A DNA stretch of 64,000 bases from Antedon mediterranea. Taxonomy: Eukaryota; Animalia; Echinodermata. The notes under the pieces are model-generated. The model ran no database searches, was not told the origin of the DNA, and saw only the letters and a list, made by a program, of their open reading frames with translations. The stretch is from NCBI RefSeq assembly GCF_964355755.1, contig NC_092677.1:8702101-8766100 (forward strand), in the 5' to 3' direction. Shown here one piece after another: positions 50,736 through 63,976 of the stretch. A program made the translations under genes and the position numbers. Position 1 is the stretch's first letter, and the number at the start of each line of letters is the position of its first letter.

Positions 50736-52978
50736 TCATCTATATGAATCTGTTGATTTCTGTTAAAAAAAAAACACAAAACAGCAAAAATGTAATTAGG
50801 CGCATAGTAATTGGCAAAATGCAGAAACGACAGCATTTAATTACTGAACGCACGTTACGCGCTTCCTCGCTCGTTCAGATCATTGGCAAAGTTGACCGAT
50901 GTCTATAGCAATCATATCATCCATTTATCTCTAAACTTAACCGTGGTTGTATTTAGTCTGAAAGATGTAATATCACGGAAGAGTGAGGTAAAATAATATT
51001 CCTCTTCCCTTCCTCTTCCCATGAGATGCCTAGGTCTTACCTTGTGTTTTCTATGTTTTCTCCGTGAACGTTCTGGCGATTCTGAATTTATATTCCTTCG
51101 CATTTCTTCAAGTTCTTGAACTTTTTTCTCGTACTCCTCCCTCTTGTTGTACTCTCCCGGAGACAACGAAACTTTCTTCTTTCTTGGACGCTCCCGTCTA
51201 TCGGGACTAACCGATTTGTTCCGTCCAGACACTGTATACACTGTTGATACCTTTTGGTGATCTGGGGTGACAGAGCCTTTTTTAGAATCAACACTGAGAG
51301 ATAGTCTAGGGCTCGGTGTGATAGAACCATTTAATTGTCTTGCTTTTTCTAAATCATATAACCCACGTTTAGATCCGCCATTTATATATGATCCGTTTTT
51401 ACTGACTCTCATGTCAGGACTGTACGACATGACAGGGTAGCCTGGATGATAGCCGTTAGGTGATAAATACCCATCGTATATGTCTCTTCTAGCTACATAA
51501 TAGTTTCCTTGATAAGGGCCTTCTCTAGGCTCAGCGTGGACAACGTGTTCAACAATCTTTGATCCTCGATGACGATGTTTTCTGTGTCTTTTCTTCATTT
51601 TCTTTGGAGGTTCCGGTGTTGCTTCTGGTGGAGGAAGTGCCCCTGTTGGCTTTTCATTTTCGACAACCGATGCTTCCACATCTTTTGATGGAGCCACTGC
51701 GAGAATATAATTAAAATATTTGTTTCAGTAAAATATTTTTCTAAATACATATAATGATATATTTATGTACCACTAACGACCAAATAAATTGGGATTTTTC
51801 TCCTAAAGCAGAAGAAATTTCCTTTAAGTGTAAGGCTTCCTTTGTTCAACAACCTAACCCTTTATCTACATAACACCCTCTAAGAATAATATGGTACATA
51901 TAAGTAGGTCTATCATCACCCTAGTCTAGTACCTATAATCTACTAAACATAGCAGTTTCTCCATAAATATGGTTTAGGAAAACTGTTTCTGTTAATTTCA
52001 ACTATAATGGTAATAAATATTATCAAAATAATTGTAGCAGAACCACTATTAAGGGAATACCTTCAGGACCGAACAAAGTGTCTATATAATTGGGGTGTCC
52101 CTGAATAGGAGTGTTCCAAAAGAGAGATCCTACTGTATTTTCAGCAGTAAACGTACCTTTGTTAAGTTTCTTCTGTTTTCTATAACAATAGGCTGCAATA
52201 ATACCAATCACAATCGCCGCAAGTATGACTATTCCGATTAGACAGAGCACGGCTAACACATACTTGTATAAGTCAGATTCTTCTTCTAAACACAAATAAA
52301 TGTAATAATTAAATCAAATAAAACGAAGAGAAAAGATATCTAGTTTCGATTAAAATTTTTACTGATCTGTAAAAAACAAATTGGCGAGTTTTATTATATA
52401 TTTGTTTACGCGTGGAAGTAGGCCTACTAATGTCATCATTATTTACTTAAAACACTCAGTTCGCAGGAAATTCTTGCTGGCTTGGAAGTTGTTGTAATGT
52501 CTCCACAACACCCTCATCAGATTTTAGTTTCTCTTTTTTCTTTTCTTTCAAAGCTTTCACAGTTAGTTCTACTTTAGATTCAGGTTCAATTAAGTCTTTA
52601 AAATTGATGCTGGATATATGAAACTGTCTGACAGGTAAAAACGAGGTTAAATCTACAACAGACTGGCCGTATCTGGTAAGCGACCCGGGCTGATAGGTGA
52701 GTTTTCAGAATAAGATGGGACTACATGTAAAGTTAGTTTATAAATCTTACCAATTACTTGTATAGATGACGTTAGAGATGACGTATCTATTCTGTTTCTA
52801 GCTTCACATCGAATTAAAGAGCCATCCATACTCTTCTCGGCTGACACTATACTAAGGACACTCTTTTCAGTATCCGTTGTATCAATCGTAAATCTATTAA
52901 ATAACATAATACAAGATTATTGTTTAAGACATTTTAGGCCTATAATACATCATAAGTTATTCTCTGATCGAATCTTTA

Positions 52979-53071
<93 letters not shown>

Positions 53072-56000
53072 TGTAATAATAAACTGCAGTGAAATACGAA
53101 GACTGTAACTTAAAGTTCCGTAATACAACAGTACACGATTGTTTTATGTTTCTATTATATTTATTGTATTGTTTTCTTCATCTTCTCTGTATTTTTTAAT
53201 TTTTTTTTTTAATTCACAGACTTGAATTAAAAAAATAGAAAGACTAGGTTAAATTAATCTAAAATTACGAAATTGAGGTTTATACACACTGAGAATCGTC
53301 TTATATTGTCACGATTAAATATTTGGCGTAATTAGTTTTGTCATCATTAGGAATAACGAATGTCGAAATGATATGTTATTGTTTAGAGTATATTGTATCT
53401 TCTCTCTTAAAAATTATCAGTGTAGTTTGTTCATTAATGACAATGATGTCCGGTGGTTTATTGTACCAATTGTATGATCATACTAATTAGATCTGGTAAA
53501 ACTTTAATATAATTCAATAGTATTGCTGTGTGGGTGGAAGAAGCAATTAATTCATACAAAACTTGATATTCTACACAATTACTTACCTAGAGTCGGATGA
53601 ATTAATGAGAGCACCATTCATATACCACTTATACCCGAGAACGACTGGATCACCTACGGCTATACATTCGATTGATCCAGCCTGGTTTTCTATGATTTCT
53701 TGACGTGCAGGCTCGATTGCTATTCCAATCGTAGGAATTACTGTAAATAATTAGAAGGAAGCATACTATAATAATCCAAGTGCTCAGAAACTATGCGAAA
53801 TACTTGGCAAAATGCAGGATACGACGACAGAGGGCGTTCTATTCAATATTTTGGCTCATGATAAAGATACAGATAACTCGAGATTTAAAAAAAACTTTTG
53901 TAACGTCACAATTTATCGATTTTCATAAAAAATAGACATGTTCTGTTGGGGCATAGCTGTTTCATACTAATTAAATTAAATTAAAGCTATGCCAAATACT
54001 TTTTTCTAAATCAAATAATACCATAGCCACGAACGTGTATTAGGCCAACTACAGTAGAAATTCTATTTAGGGACACCTTCGAGACCCAATAAAGTGTCCC
54101 CTAAGTGTCCCCTTAATAGAAGTATTCTCTTGAGTATGAGTGTCTCAATTGAGTGGTTCTACTGTATTACATTATTTTATTTAACTTACGTTCAAATCTC
54201 AGGGCTCCGATGTTGCATATTTTCGTTGAAGTATACGTCGGGTGGGTAGAACGACAGCTGTATTCAGCTCCGATTAAATCCGCAACCAGCTGTAGCTCAA
54301 GCGTATTTCTTGCGTAAGGTTCCGAGACGTATTCCCCATCAATGAAACTTTGGCCAACCTGCCAACTAAGCTTTGCTGCTGGATCTCCACCTTCCGACTC
54401 GCAAAGAAGCGTGACGTTCTGATTTTCGAACAAGTTAGTATTGGGGAATATACTGCATGTTGGAAAGTTATCAGCCGGTGCAACAGCATCTGAAACAAAG
54501 TAAGATAAAATAGGGGCAGTTATAAACTGTTCAATATATCGTACGATTTCGAAAGTTTTGAAAGCCGAACGTGGTTAATGCGCATGCTTACTCATATTCT
54601 AAATTTTGAAAGCTGAACGTTAAAATCTGTGATGTTGTAAACTATAAAACCAGTTTTCTACTAGACCAATTCGCGCAAATCGTTTTACTATAATTTACAG
54701 TATTCATATATTCATCTATTATTTGTGACAATGTGCAACCAACAGTATGATTCTCTTGAATAAATTTGCCTGGTGGAAAACTGACTTAGCTGATGAGCCC
54801 TTCTTACCTAAAACAACAAGTGAAGCAGGCGATGACGAAGCTGCGCCAGAAATGCCGTCAGAGTTGATGACACAGTGGTAGGTTCCAGATTCACTTTTAG
54901 TCACTTCTGATATAACCAAGTTATATTCTCCATCTGAATAATTTCCTACTACACTGTGTCTAAATGGTTGTAAAAGATAGTCTTTGTTGTAATTTCCACA
55001 CAAAATAATGTTCATAATTTTGTAAAACTAAGAGTAGGCCTACAGTAACAATAGGGCATTTAAAAGAGATAATGTTATTTTTTTTTCAACAATATTTTCA
55101 ATATTGTGATGTATGTAATTTTACCTTTCTTGATTTATAACCCAGATACTTCTTTATCTTTCAATTTCAATTCCATCATTATTTTAGAATTTATATCAAA
55201 CTTCCCCACAACGTTATGGAAATTTTACCTATCTAAATCAATTGATTCATCGTCACTGATAGACTGCCCATTGTAAAGCCATGATAATGTACCAACTTTG
55301 TCCGCTACTTCACATCTGAACGTAACATCGGACCCTTCGGTTGTTGTAACGTCACTTGGAATTACTAAAAATCTCTGTCCGGACGCTATAAACGACATGA
55401 ATAGAGTTGTTATTGAACAGCTTTTAGATGCAAGATGATGACAATTTTACCAAGCCTACTGAGCGAAGTAAGAGCAGCAAATTGGCTGAGCTATTACTGG
55501 AGCATCAGAGTCTAGTCTATTCATGAACGGCAAAGTAGTAGGCGTTATACTAATAACAATAATAGTTATAAAAATAGTATAGTAGGAAAGGCTAGAAACC
55601 AACTAATAATGTATCTCCACCATTGCGATACGTGTTACCATATTTTTTCTCTGTTGCAATTCAAACAGCCTTAGTATCCAGAGTATTGTTATGTTATATT
55701 TAATGTGTTTAAAGTCAATCCTAAATTATACATGCGATTATTCTTTGCAACAACAATTAAATCTAAGTTCCTTACTTGCTATGGTCAGCATCGCGACTGA
55801 AGAAGTGATAGCAGACGATCCACCGGCAGCAGTGACACTACACTGGTACGAGCCAGAATCGCTCTCCTCAGAGCTCACTATCTGCAGATTGTAGTCTCCA
55901 TTTGCTTGGGAACCAATAATTGAGTACCGTGTCCCTCCCGATGTAATAGTGGTGTCACTTGTAAATGGCACAGACTCCTTCAACCACTGTACGCTGCCTT

Positions 56001-57133
56001 CTTTGTTTTCGACGTTGCAGAAAAGGACGGCCGTACTGCCTTGGAACACGTTGGTGTTTGTTGGTTCAATAGTGAAACTCTGTTCGTCTGGAAATTAATA
56101 ATGAATATTTAATCAAAACTTACGCATAAGACTAGTTTTAGAAAGCTCTTTTAGGTAAATGGTAGATTTTCTTTATTTTCTTAATCTTAATGTTGATATT
56201 GCTGTATTGTAGGCCTAATGCGAATATAACCGTTTAATCATTTCTTAGTCTATCGTAGACGGTAGGTTGTGTAAAATACATCTATATAATAAAATGTTCA
56301 GCTCTGTTTCTCGCAGATGTCTATTACTTTTCCAATTGGTATCTCTCGCTCAAATAAAAACAGATACATCATCAATAATTTACAGTTTTTATAAAAATGC
56401 CTTCGTAATATGTATTTCAGATATCAGTGCTTCCTCGTTGAAATGACTGAGTTCTAACAGATTTAAATACTTTTAATTTGCTAGGCCTGCTAATGCACAG
56501 GACAATGTATTTGAAAAGTCCACTCGAAAATATTATTCCGCAAAATCTGGACAATATTAGGCTAACTTACTTTGAACAGTGAGCACTGCAACGTTTGATT
56601 CCAGCATAGGATCACTTCCTGATGCAGTCACAATACATTGATAGTTACCAGAATCTTCCTCCGCTGTATTGGAGATCACCAGATTGTATTCTCCAGAAGA
56701 CTGATCACCTCCTAAACTATACTGCGATCCACCGAAGACGTTTGTATCTGCGCTGATTGGAGTCGCCCCATCTTTAGTCCATGTTAGGACGCCTAGTTTA
56801 TTTGATACAGTGCAGAGTAACGTTGCTGTCTGGCCTACAGTAACTTGAGTATTAGTAGGTTCAACGGTAAATTGCTGCTGACCGTTGCCTAAAAATAGTA
56901 TCGATATGTCAACATTTTAATAAAATTGAAGGACAGTGAACAAACAATTCTTTATTTAAACACACTTTCAGCAGAGTATTTTGTGAAATTTTTAAAACAC
57001 GTAACTTCTCAATATCAATTACTATATTCATTACTATTATTATTATTATTAGATATATCTCTATCTACCACTTACCTGAAATTACTTGGTTCATCAAAAT
57101 AACAATTACAACGAACATCCTCAATTCGAGCAT
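50736..57133 (-). CDS. Kirre/NEPH(nephrin)-like immunoglobulin-superfamily type I membrane protein, 5 Ig domains
   Basis: Signal exon 57076-57133 (MLELRMFVVIVILMNQVIS). Ig exons 56571-56888, 55776-56087, 55229-55385 + 54808-54959, C2-type 54190-54489 (LLCESEGGDPAAKLSW), 53587-53740 + 52751-52893. TM exon 52157-52285. Basic/Ser-rich tail 51041-51696 and last exon 50736-50759 (KSTDSYR*). Probable non-coding upstream exon ending at 58090. Confidence 0.85.
52982..53070. repeat. (TA)n microsatellite
   Basis: About 44 uninterrupted AT units. Confidence 0.98.
54052..54164. mobile_element. Tc1/mariner-pogo-like MITE with TA target duplication
   Basis: TA|CAGTAGAA ... TTCTACTG|TA with internal AAGTGTCCCCT repeats. 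Related fragments at about 18140-18325, 28268-28410, 33030-33250 and 52050-52137. Confidence 0.65.
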
Positions 57134-60100
57134 TGTTAACAATTTCTGTAAATTAAATTTAATTTAGTTTAATAAATCAGTGTTTGTAATAACAACATGA
57201 ACAAATAAAAAAATGCAACAATCACGACCCTGGGATAATGTCATTATTTCTGAAGAAACAATAGTTAGGCCCATGTACAGTTACAATGATTGTAAACAAA
57301 TATTAGGGATATAACACGGAACCAACTACATTGGAATAAAAACATTTATTGTCTAGGATTCACCATGCCTTTGAAAAATGCCTTTCTTGATGTCAATCTC
57401 TCTTGAGACAGCTTGTCAACTAATTTTAGGCTTGATAGGCCTACTCTGCAAGTATATCGACCTACAACACAATCATAAACATTATGGTTTGAGAGACTAC
57501 ATTATTCAGTTACTACTGAAGTGGCTAAAACGAGCCAAAGCACGCGTCGTGGCCTTAAATAATTCTTGTCTTTCAAAAAAGCTGTAACCTTCAATTTACA
57601 TTATCCTTAGTAATCCTACAATACAGTAGTTATGTTAGTGCTACTGAAGAGGATATCAATATTAAGTCCAGTTATTAAGTTGTTAAGTTGGCCTTTTTAG
57701 GCTAGCCTACCATGCATTTCACACAACGTTCAATCAACATGTTATAATAATTCTGATATCATCTCAAGTTGATGTATTATTCACTGAAGACGATATAAAA
57801 GCAATAAAATCATGTTGCCTAACCATCAAATGCATTCCACACAAAGCATTAGTAATATAATATAGGAATGAAGTCGTTGTTTATGGTAAAATGTGCAAGT
57901 ATACACATTTCTAGGCATATTATTACAATATGCGTAATTATCGTAGCATTAAAATACAATTTTCACAATGATAAACCTATAAAAAGTAAATTATGCAGTA
58001 CATCATAAATATCAATTTCTGTTTAACGCAAATTATTCTTAATACTATTTATGTTATTACACGTAGACCTAATTTGTAATATCACTTACCGTAGTATTAA
58101 AGCTAAATTATATTTAGTACCGTAATCGATAATCGGACGGAGAGATAAATAATTTCTAAGATACGGTAATATTATGTTTTACTAGATAGAAAATATTTAC
58201 CACTGTCGTGCTTACAATTAAATTTAGGTAACAGATTTCAGGATTTCACGCTCTCACGATAGTTGGTCTCATTTAAACCATTTTAATCAAATTATCTTTA
58301 ATATTTTAAAGTAAGTTTTTGTTTATTGTGTTGTCATGGTTATCTAATAAAGAACAGCATTTAATAATGTTTCGTTGTTGATGGTACAAAGATATTGTAT
58401 TACATTACAACAATTGCAATACGTATCAATTCATCCAATTATTATAATTCATGAATACTGGAAACATTCGGACAAGAAACCTGATACTGTACTACCAATC
58501 AAACAATACTAAACCAATTTCAACCAAACCTACAGTATAATGACATAAGTCACACGTTAGATTTAATGAAAGGTTAGTCAGAAAGGGTTGAAGATGATCA
58601 AATATTAGTTGAGTCTAATAATGATTAAAAACGATTAGAAATTTGTTGGGGTTTTTTCGGTTTCTTTCGAATTTCTTTAATAGTTGGGCACGAAAAAAAT
58701 TCTCTTTCATTTAGGCCTATGTTCATAATTTGATCTACAGAATAGTCCTTTATGATTATGATGTTGCTTATTCTCCATTTCTTTTGTTTGTTGCGGTCTC
58801 ACAAGTGTTAGTTACAAACAAGTATTCAAGATACAATTTAATAAACTTTTAATTAAACTTTTAATGGCGATATTTAGATAATATAGATGTTTAGATACAT
58901 ATACTTTATAATAATTTTCCTAAATATGTTATTACCGGAATTGAAAATCTCCAATTTGAAGTACCGTAACACGTTTGAATGATAATGAAATGGTACTAAC
59001 CTTATTAAAAATTGATATCACACGTTGAGTGACAATAACGTAATAATTATCCGTCTTTTTATAACACAGTTAGTAAATAATATCTTGTTATACTCCTAAT
59101 TAACTTGAAGGTTTTGTTGACGAACCTGTTAAATCAGCGGTATATAACATACATCCTTGATGATTATTGCCAACATGCTGCGTGTACAGTAGTATCTGAA
59201 GTTGAAAAGTGTGAGATACCATGAGACACACTACACCCAAAAAAACAAGGGGTAAATAACTTCCCTAGTAACAGTCGGTAAGACCTGACAACAAATTCCA
59301 CAAATCGCCTTCCGACATACATACTAACAAAATTCTCAGTAACAAGGTTCTTGATTTGTCAGCAACCATCGTCTACTTGGTGATGTTTGAATATCGACCA
59401 ATTGGGTAGCTATTAACAAACGATATTTGATCTCTTAAAGGATCACAACTCACAATTGAAGCGATCAATTGGTTTGCCTAGTCTTTGTGTTCAGCTCTTT
59501 GTCATTTTAATCTGGTTTCTTAAGATGTAATGTAAACTTGGTTGATTGTTGTTATTGTTTATTATTACTCAACGGCGTTGAACACGTAGATACGATACTT
59601 CGATGTAGTATGACAATGTTGAATCGAAAAAATGGAACGAGCCTTTTTTCCTTAGGTCAATACCGTACTCATACAATGAGATTAACCTTTGTTAATATGT
59701 ACTGTCATGAAGTCAGAAATGAAATAGGTCCATGGTTCGAACACGTACCAACATTTTTTTTTACTCAGTGGTTTTAACTAGGATCTGTGTCGTCGAGAAA
59801 TTGTCAATTAACAAATCCATGTATTCTAGAATTGGTCACCACAGGACCTGATGATCTCTTTTTCCATCCTCTGAAGCATCATTCATTCACACATCCCCTG
59901 ATGTCAAATCTCCGCCTCCTCATCACATTCACAGTCTGTGTCTCTGTATGGTTTTAGTGTTTACTCATTTCAGCCTTTTATGACTACTTGTTTCTTAATA
60001 ATACCTTGAGTAGGTGTAGTCTCTCAGATGACTGACGTGCGTAGTATTTTAAATGAATTTATTCCGTTAAGATTGGAAATAAGATAAAATTGAAAACTAA

Positions 60101-60445
60101 AAGATTGGGGTCACTAGGCGATGACTAATACAATTCTGCTTGAAGATCAACTAAAATCTTTTTCTCTAAAATAGAACATTCATGATCTCATGTTTGCGCA
60201 TTTTTCACGTGCCGAGAAGTTGCTAGAAATATTAATACGCATGCGTACTAAATCAACGCTTACAATGCCGCGCAAAGAAGTTTGCTTAGAGAAAACAAAA
60301 ATGCAAAAGAGGTAGAGTATAGAAAAACAGGTTGGCACCTCAAAATAAAATTAAAAACTAAGGCCTCAATCATGTCTTTATTGGTGAAAATCCCAAGTAA
60401 CATGTATAAATACGTGAGTAGCATAATACCGGATATGCCTATTAA

Positions 60446-60660
60446 AGCTTGGTTCCCACTAGAACGTAACGCAAGGACGTAAACGCAACGCAAGCGTGTT
60501 GACCAAAGACAAGCGAAGTTATAGACAGTTAGCAATCACAAGCGAATAAGCCATCGCTTGTGATTGGTCAATTCACTTGCGTTGCGTTACGTCCTTGCGT
60601 TGCGTTACGTCCTTGCGTTGCGTTGCGTCCTTGCGTTGCGTCGCTAGTGAGAACCACGCT
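60446..60660. mobile_element. MITE family B (TIR AGCTTGGTTCCCACTAG), PIF/Harbinger-like with TAA target duplication
   Basis: TAA|AGCTTGGTTCCCACTAG ... CTAGTGAGAACCACGCT|TAA, with internal TTGCGTTACGTCC repeats. Other copies at about 15061-15229, 35870-35976 and 3776-3880. Confidence 0.82.
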
Positions 60661-61605
60661 TAAGTAGCAATAGGCCTAGTCTAAAATTAGCAGCCAGAAT
60701 GAATGACCACAATTAGCAGGACACGTGACAGACAAATTATATGTATCGAATTAGCAAGTTATTGTTCTCTATTCTTTTCAAAACAACAGTAAGAGCACCA
60801 CTGAGAATAAATATAAAACACAACAATAATAATAATAGGTAAACATCATTCAAAACATTCACATTATTAGGATACCAGTTACAGAGTGTAATTTCACTCT
60901 TCTCTGAGGATACTAAAGTTAAAAATAAAGAACGCGGAAGTCTAAAGAGAACACCAAAAAATACCAATTTATCACCAGAAAATATATAATGAATAAGGTG
61001 TTTAACGAAGATTACCAAACAAGAACATGAGTAAAAGAAGGAAATATATTTACGAACGACATATTCACTCTGAACATCTTTTCCATGTAGGCCTAATTCG
61101 GAAATATATTGTATGTTTTTATTTACAATTAGGCCTAATACACACTATTATAATTGTTGAGTTTATTGAAAGTCGTAAACTTATATTATTGTTGTTGGAC
61201 CTTTGTACAATTATTTTATTAGATCTACAGTTTGAATACTGATGAGCGGGTATTTTTTAATATTGTTTTGTTACTAACTTATGGTTTATGTTAATACGAT
61301 ACACTTTTGTTTTTTCAAATATAAAAATATAGACTAATAAATAATATAATACACACAATATTCTGTTTGTAACAGAAGGCCGAGATGAAATAGTAAAGTA
61401 ATTCAACCTAGTATATGTGTGTTTTATTCAATAAGCCGAAGTGTATTGTCTATGAATTAATATGTATTATATAACACCTATATAAATTCCTGTCATTTGA
61501 TTGGACGAATGTGGGTCACATGGCGTGCAATAGTACGCACTATTCAACGATCGTTAAATAGTACTTTTTGAAACATTTTTGTTTGTTATTTAGATGTTAT
61601 ATAAA

Positions 61606-61767
61606 ACAAATAATGAATGTTTTGTATTCGTGTAATGGTACAAATAATGGCACTTGGTGAATGATGAAAGGTTATATCAACTCGGCTTTGCCTCGTTGAT
61701 ATAACCTTTCATCATTCACCTCGTGCCATTATTTGTACCATTGCACTCATAAACATTCATTATTTGT
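61606..61767. repeat. Long near-perfect palindrome (about 75-bp arms)
   Basis: ACAAATAATGAATGTTT..TGGTACAAATAATGGCAC..GGTGAATGATGAAAGGTTATATCAAC is mirrored around about 61688. Confidence 0.93.
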
Positions 61768-62495
61768 ATATTACCGTATAGAATTGTCAGCAAAATATAA
61801 ATTAATAAACAATATAATAGAAACAACATTTTGTTGCGATAAAAAAAAGATGCTGACGAAATGAAAATGTAGCATTAAGTCGACCTTCTGTATGTATATG
61901 TCGACATTTAATAATGCATTATTTTGAAACTTATTGATATAGGCCAATTCGCCTCTTGTTAGACCAAAACTTGTCCAAGGAATTGTTTTCCTTAATTCCA
62001 ATCCCCTTTTCCTTAACTCCAATCCATTTTTTTTTAAATTCTGATCACTGGAAACTGTTGCTTCATTGCCAGTGATGTTCATTTTTTCATTCTTACATTA
62101 TAGGTTTTCTCACAAATTAAGCGAACATTTACTTTGTGACGGGTATATCCATTATATGCGATTGCGTCATCAAAATACGATTACGTTTGAAAAAAATGAA
62201 TACATCACGTTCCATAATGCAGATGCAGTAAGTAAATATTATATCGATTTTTGTATTTTCTTTACAATATACAGTAATTTATTCTGTTATCTAAACAACA
62301 GATTTCATTTTATAATTTCTCAATAGGCCTACTTTCAATACAAATTGTTTAGGTCCACTACACTTTTGTACATGCTTAGTAGAATACAAAATAAAGCCAA
62401 GATATGTATAATTTAATGTAATTTATTTATATCCATACACCAGTTTGAATGCACAGTACAAAATATTCAATAAGAACTATTGTCATAATCATTGT

Positions 62496-63333
62496 TTATA
62501 CTGTAATGGGTTTCCTTGCTCTGTCTTCAATTGTTGTCCATGTTGAATAATGTGTCTGAAAACAATGACATTAACATAAATTTATTTAACACTGGTGAAA
62601 TACATATTTTATTTTATTTCGGTATAAATAAGTTAAATATAAAAATAGTTTTACCTCAAACGCTGAAGGAAGGGCAATGCCCTGGAACCTGTGAATATAA
62701 TCCTATAAAGAGAATAAAATAAAATAATGATACCATACGACTTCATAACAAATTTTATCCCATTTATTAAACAAATTACGATAAATGATAAAGTTTTTCG
62801 TTATCTTACCTTCTCTGGATCCTGATCCTCATTCAGCAAATGAGTCTAGAAGATAAATAAAAATATCATTACATAAGAAATCTTGACATTTCAATAATTA
62901 AGCTAGCTTCCCTGGTAATCAGCTATTTTATAGCAGACATGATACAAATACCACCATGTTGGTGCATGTTGCTTCATTGAGATTGAATCCAAGGTTGGTG
63001 GGAATGAGTACAAAGTCCACTCAACGAACTGACCATTCAATACAGTTACATCCAAGTAGGGTAAAACATCTGACCAATGAGAAAGGGTGGAAGGGTGTTA
63101 TATGCATACTTACAGAAATTCTATATTTATATTTTAATTGAGTACTGTATTAGTTTATAATTGAATGTAGAGTTGATGGAAGTCATAACCATACCTTAGT
63201 AAATGAAAACCTGTGAATTGCCATAGCCTGCGTATTTGGAACCATAGGGCCATCACAAAGGTCAATAAACTTTCCTAATCTGTATAATGTTAAGTTATCT
63301 GTGTTCTTTTTTTCAACTTCTGAGGTTTTATAC
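62496..63333 (-). CDS. MRPL39: 39S mitochondrial ribosomal protein L39, C-terminal exons; 5'-partial
   Basis: Exons 63195-63333 (YKTSEVEKKNTDNLTLYRLGKFIDLCDGPMVPNT...), 62810-62845 (THLLNEDQDPEK), 62655-62702 (DYIHRFQGIALPSAFE), 62496-62555 (THYSTWTTIEDRARKPITV*). From memory this matches the ThrRS-like C-terminus of vertebrate MRPL39 (HRIGDFIDVSEGP...RRFQGVSLP...HFTIW). Confidence 0.85.
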
Positions 63334-63471
63334 CTAAATGAAAATTTAGCAAATATAACATTAGTTGTATGAATAGTGTTTTGATAATAGAAAATAAACA
63401 GAACAAAAATCATGCGCATGTTAAGTGTCGTTTCAATTCATTTTCTGAAAGAAATTATTATTGTAAATTAA

Positions 63472-63976
63472 AGATGTATTGTCCCTTGAAACACAAAAAA
63501 ATGAAGCTCAAAATATTCTAAATTTAAATTGGTCATATCTAAGTAATATTAAAGTTATTCACTTTAAGTTGAAAATTCGAGCCAAAAACAAGTTTAATTT
63601 GACATTTCGTCTGGAAAATCGTCAGGAGCGAAAGTAAACAAAGATTTCAACCATGAGTATGCATTATGCATGATGCTAATTAAGATTGTTCACAACTCTT
63701 CACAGTTGAGAAGGTCTTTTCACACAGATCGCGAGGAAGTTTTACGATTATGCATACAGAGTAGCCAAATCAGCACGTTGCATTATGAGATATGTTTTGA
63801 TCGAAAACTTTGACTGGAAGTCAAAGTTATTTTTTCAACCCAAATACGTCCGTATTTCAGTTAAATGATTTTTTTTTCGACTAATTTTAGGTAACTATTA
63901 TGATACTTTAAAAATTACCCACTTTTTTTCAAAATCTTTTATTTTTTATTTTTTTGGAATTAGAGACAATACATCT
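63472..63976. mobile_element. Non-autonomous DNA transposon with TTAA target duplication (Kolobok-like)
   Basis: TTAA|AGATGTATTGTCCC ... GAGACAATACATCT|TTAA. Confidence 0.8.

Noticed and set aside
50912-51040. C-terminal extension of the 261-aa ORF
   Set aside because: A strong AAG|gtaaga donor at 51040 and a matching in-frame last exon suggest it is intronic, although retention cannot be excluded.
52447-52627. Stalk exon between Ig5 and TM of the NEPH-like gene
   Set aside because: No good acceptor gives a stop-free phase 1-1 exon, and Ig5 joins the TM exon in frame without it.
55125-55148. 24-nt in-frame microexon in the NEPH-like Ig3 intron
   Set aside because: The acceptor context is purine-rich with no pyrimidine tract.
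62655-62845. Apparent frameshift in MRPL39
   Set aside because: It disappears when the upstream acceptor at 62702 (ttctctttatag|GAT) is used.
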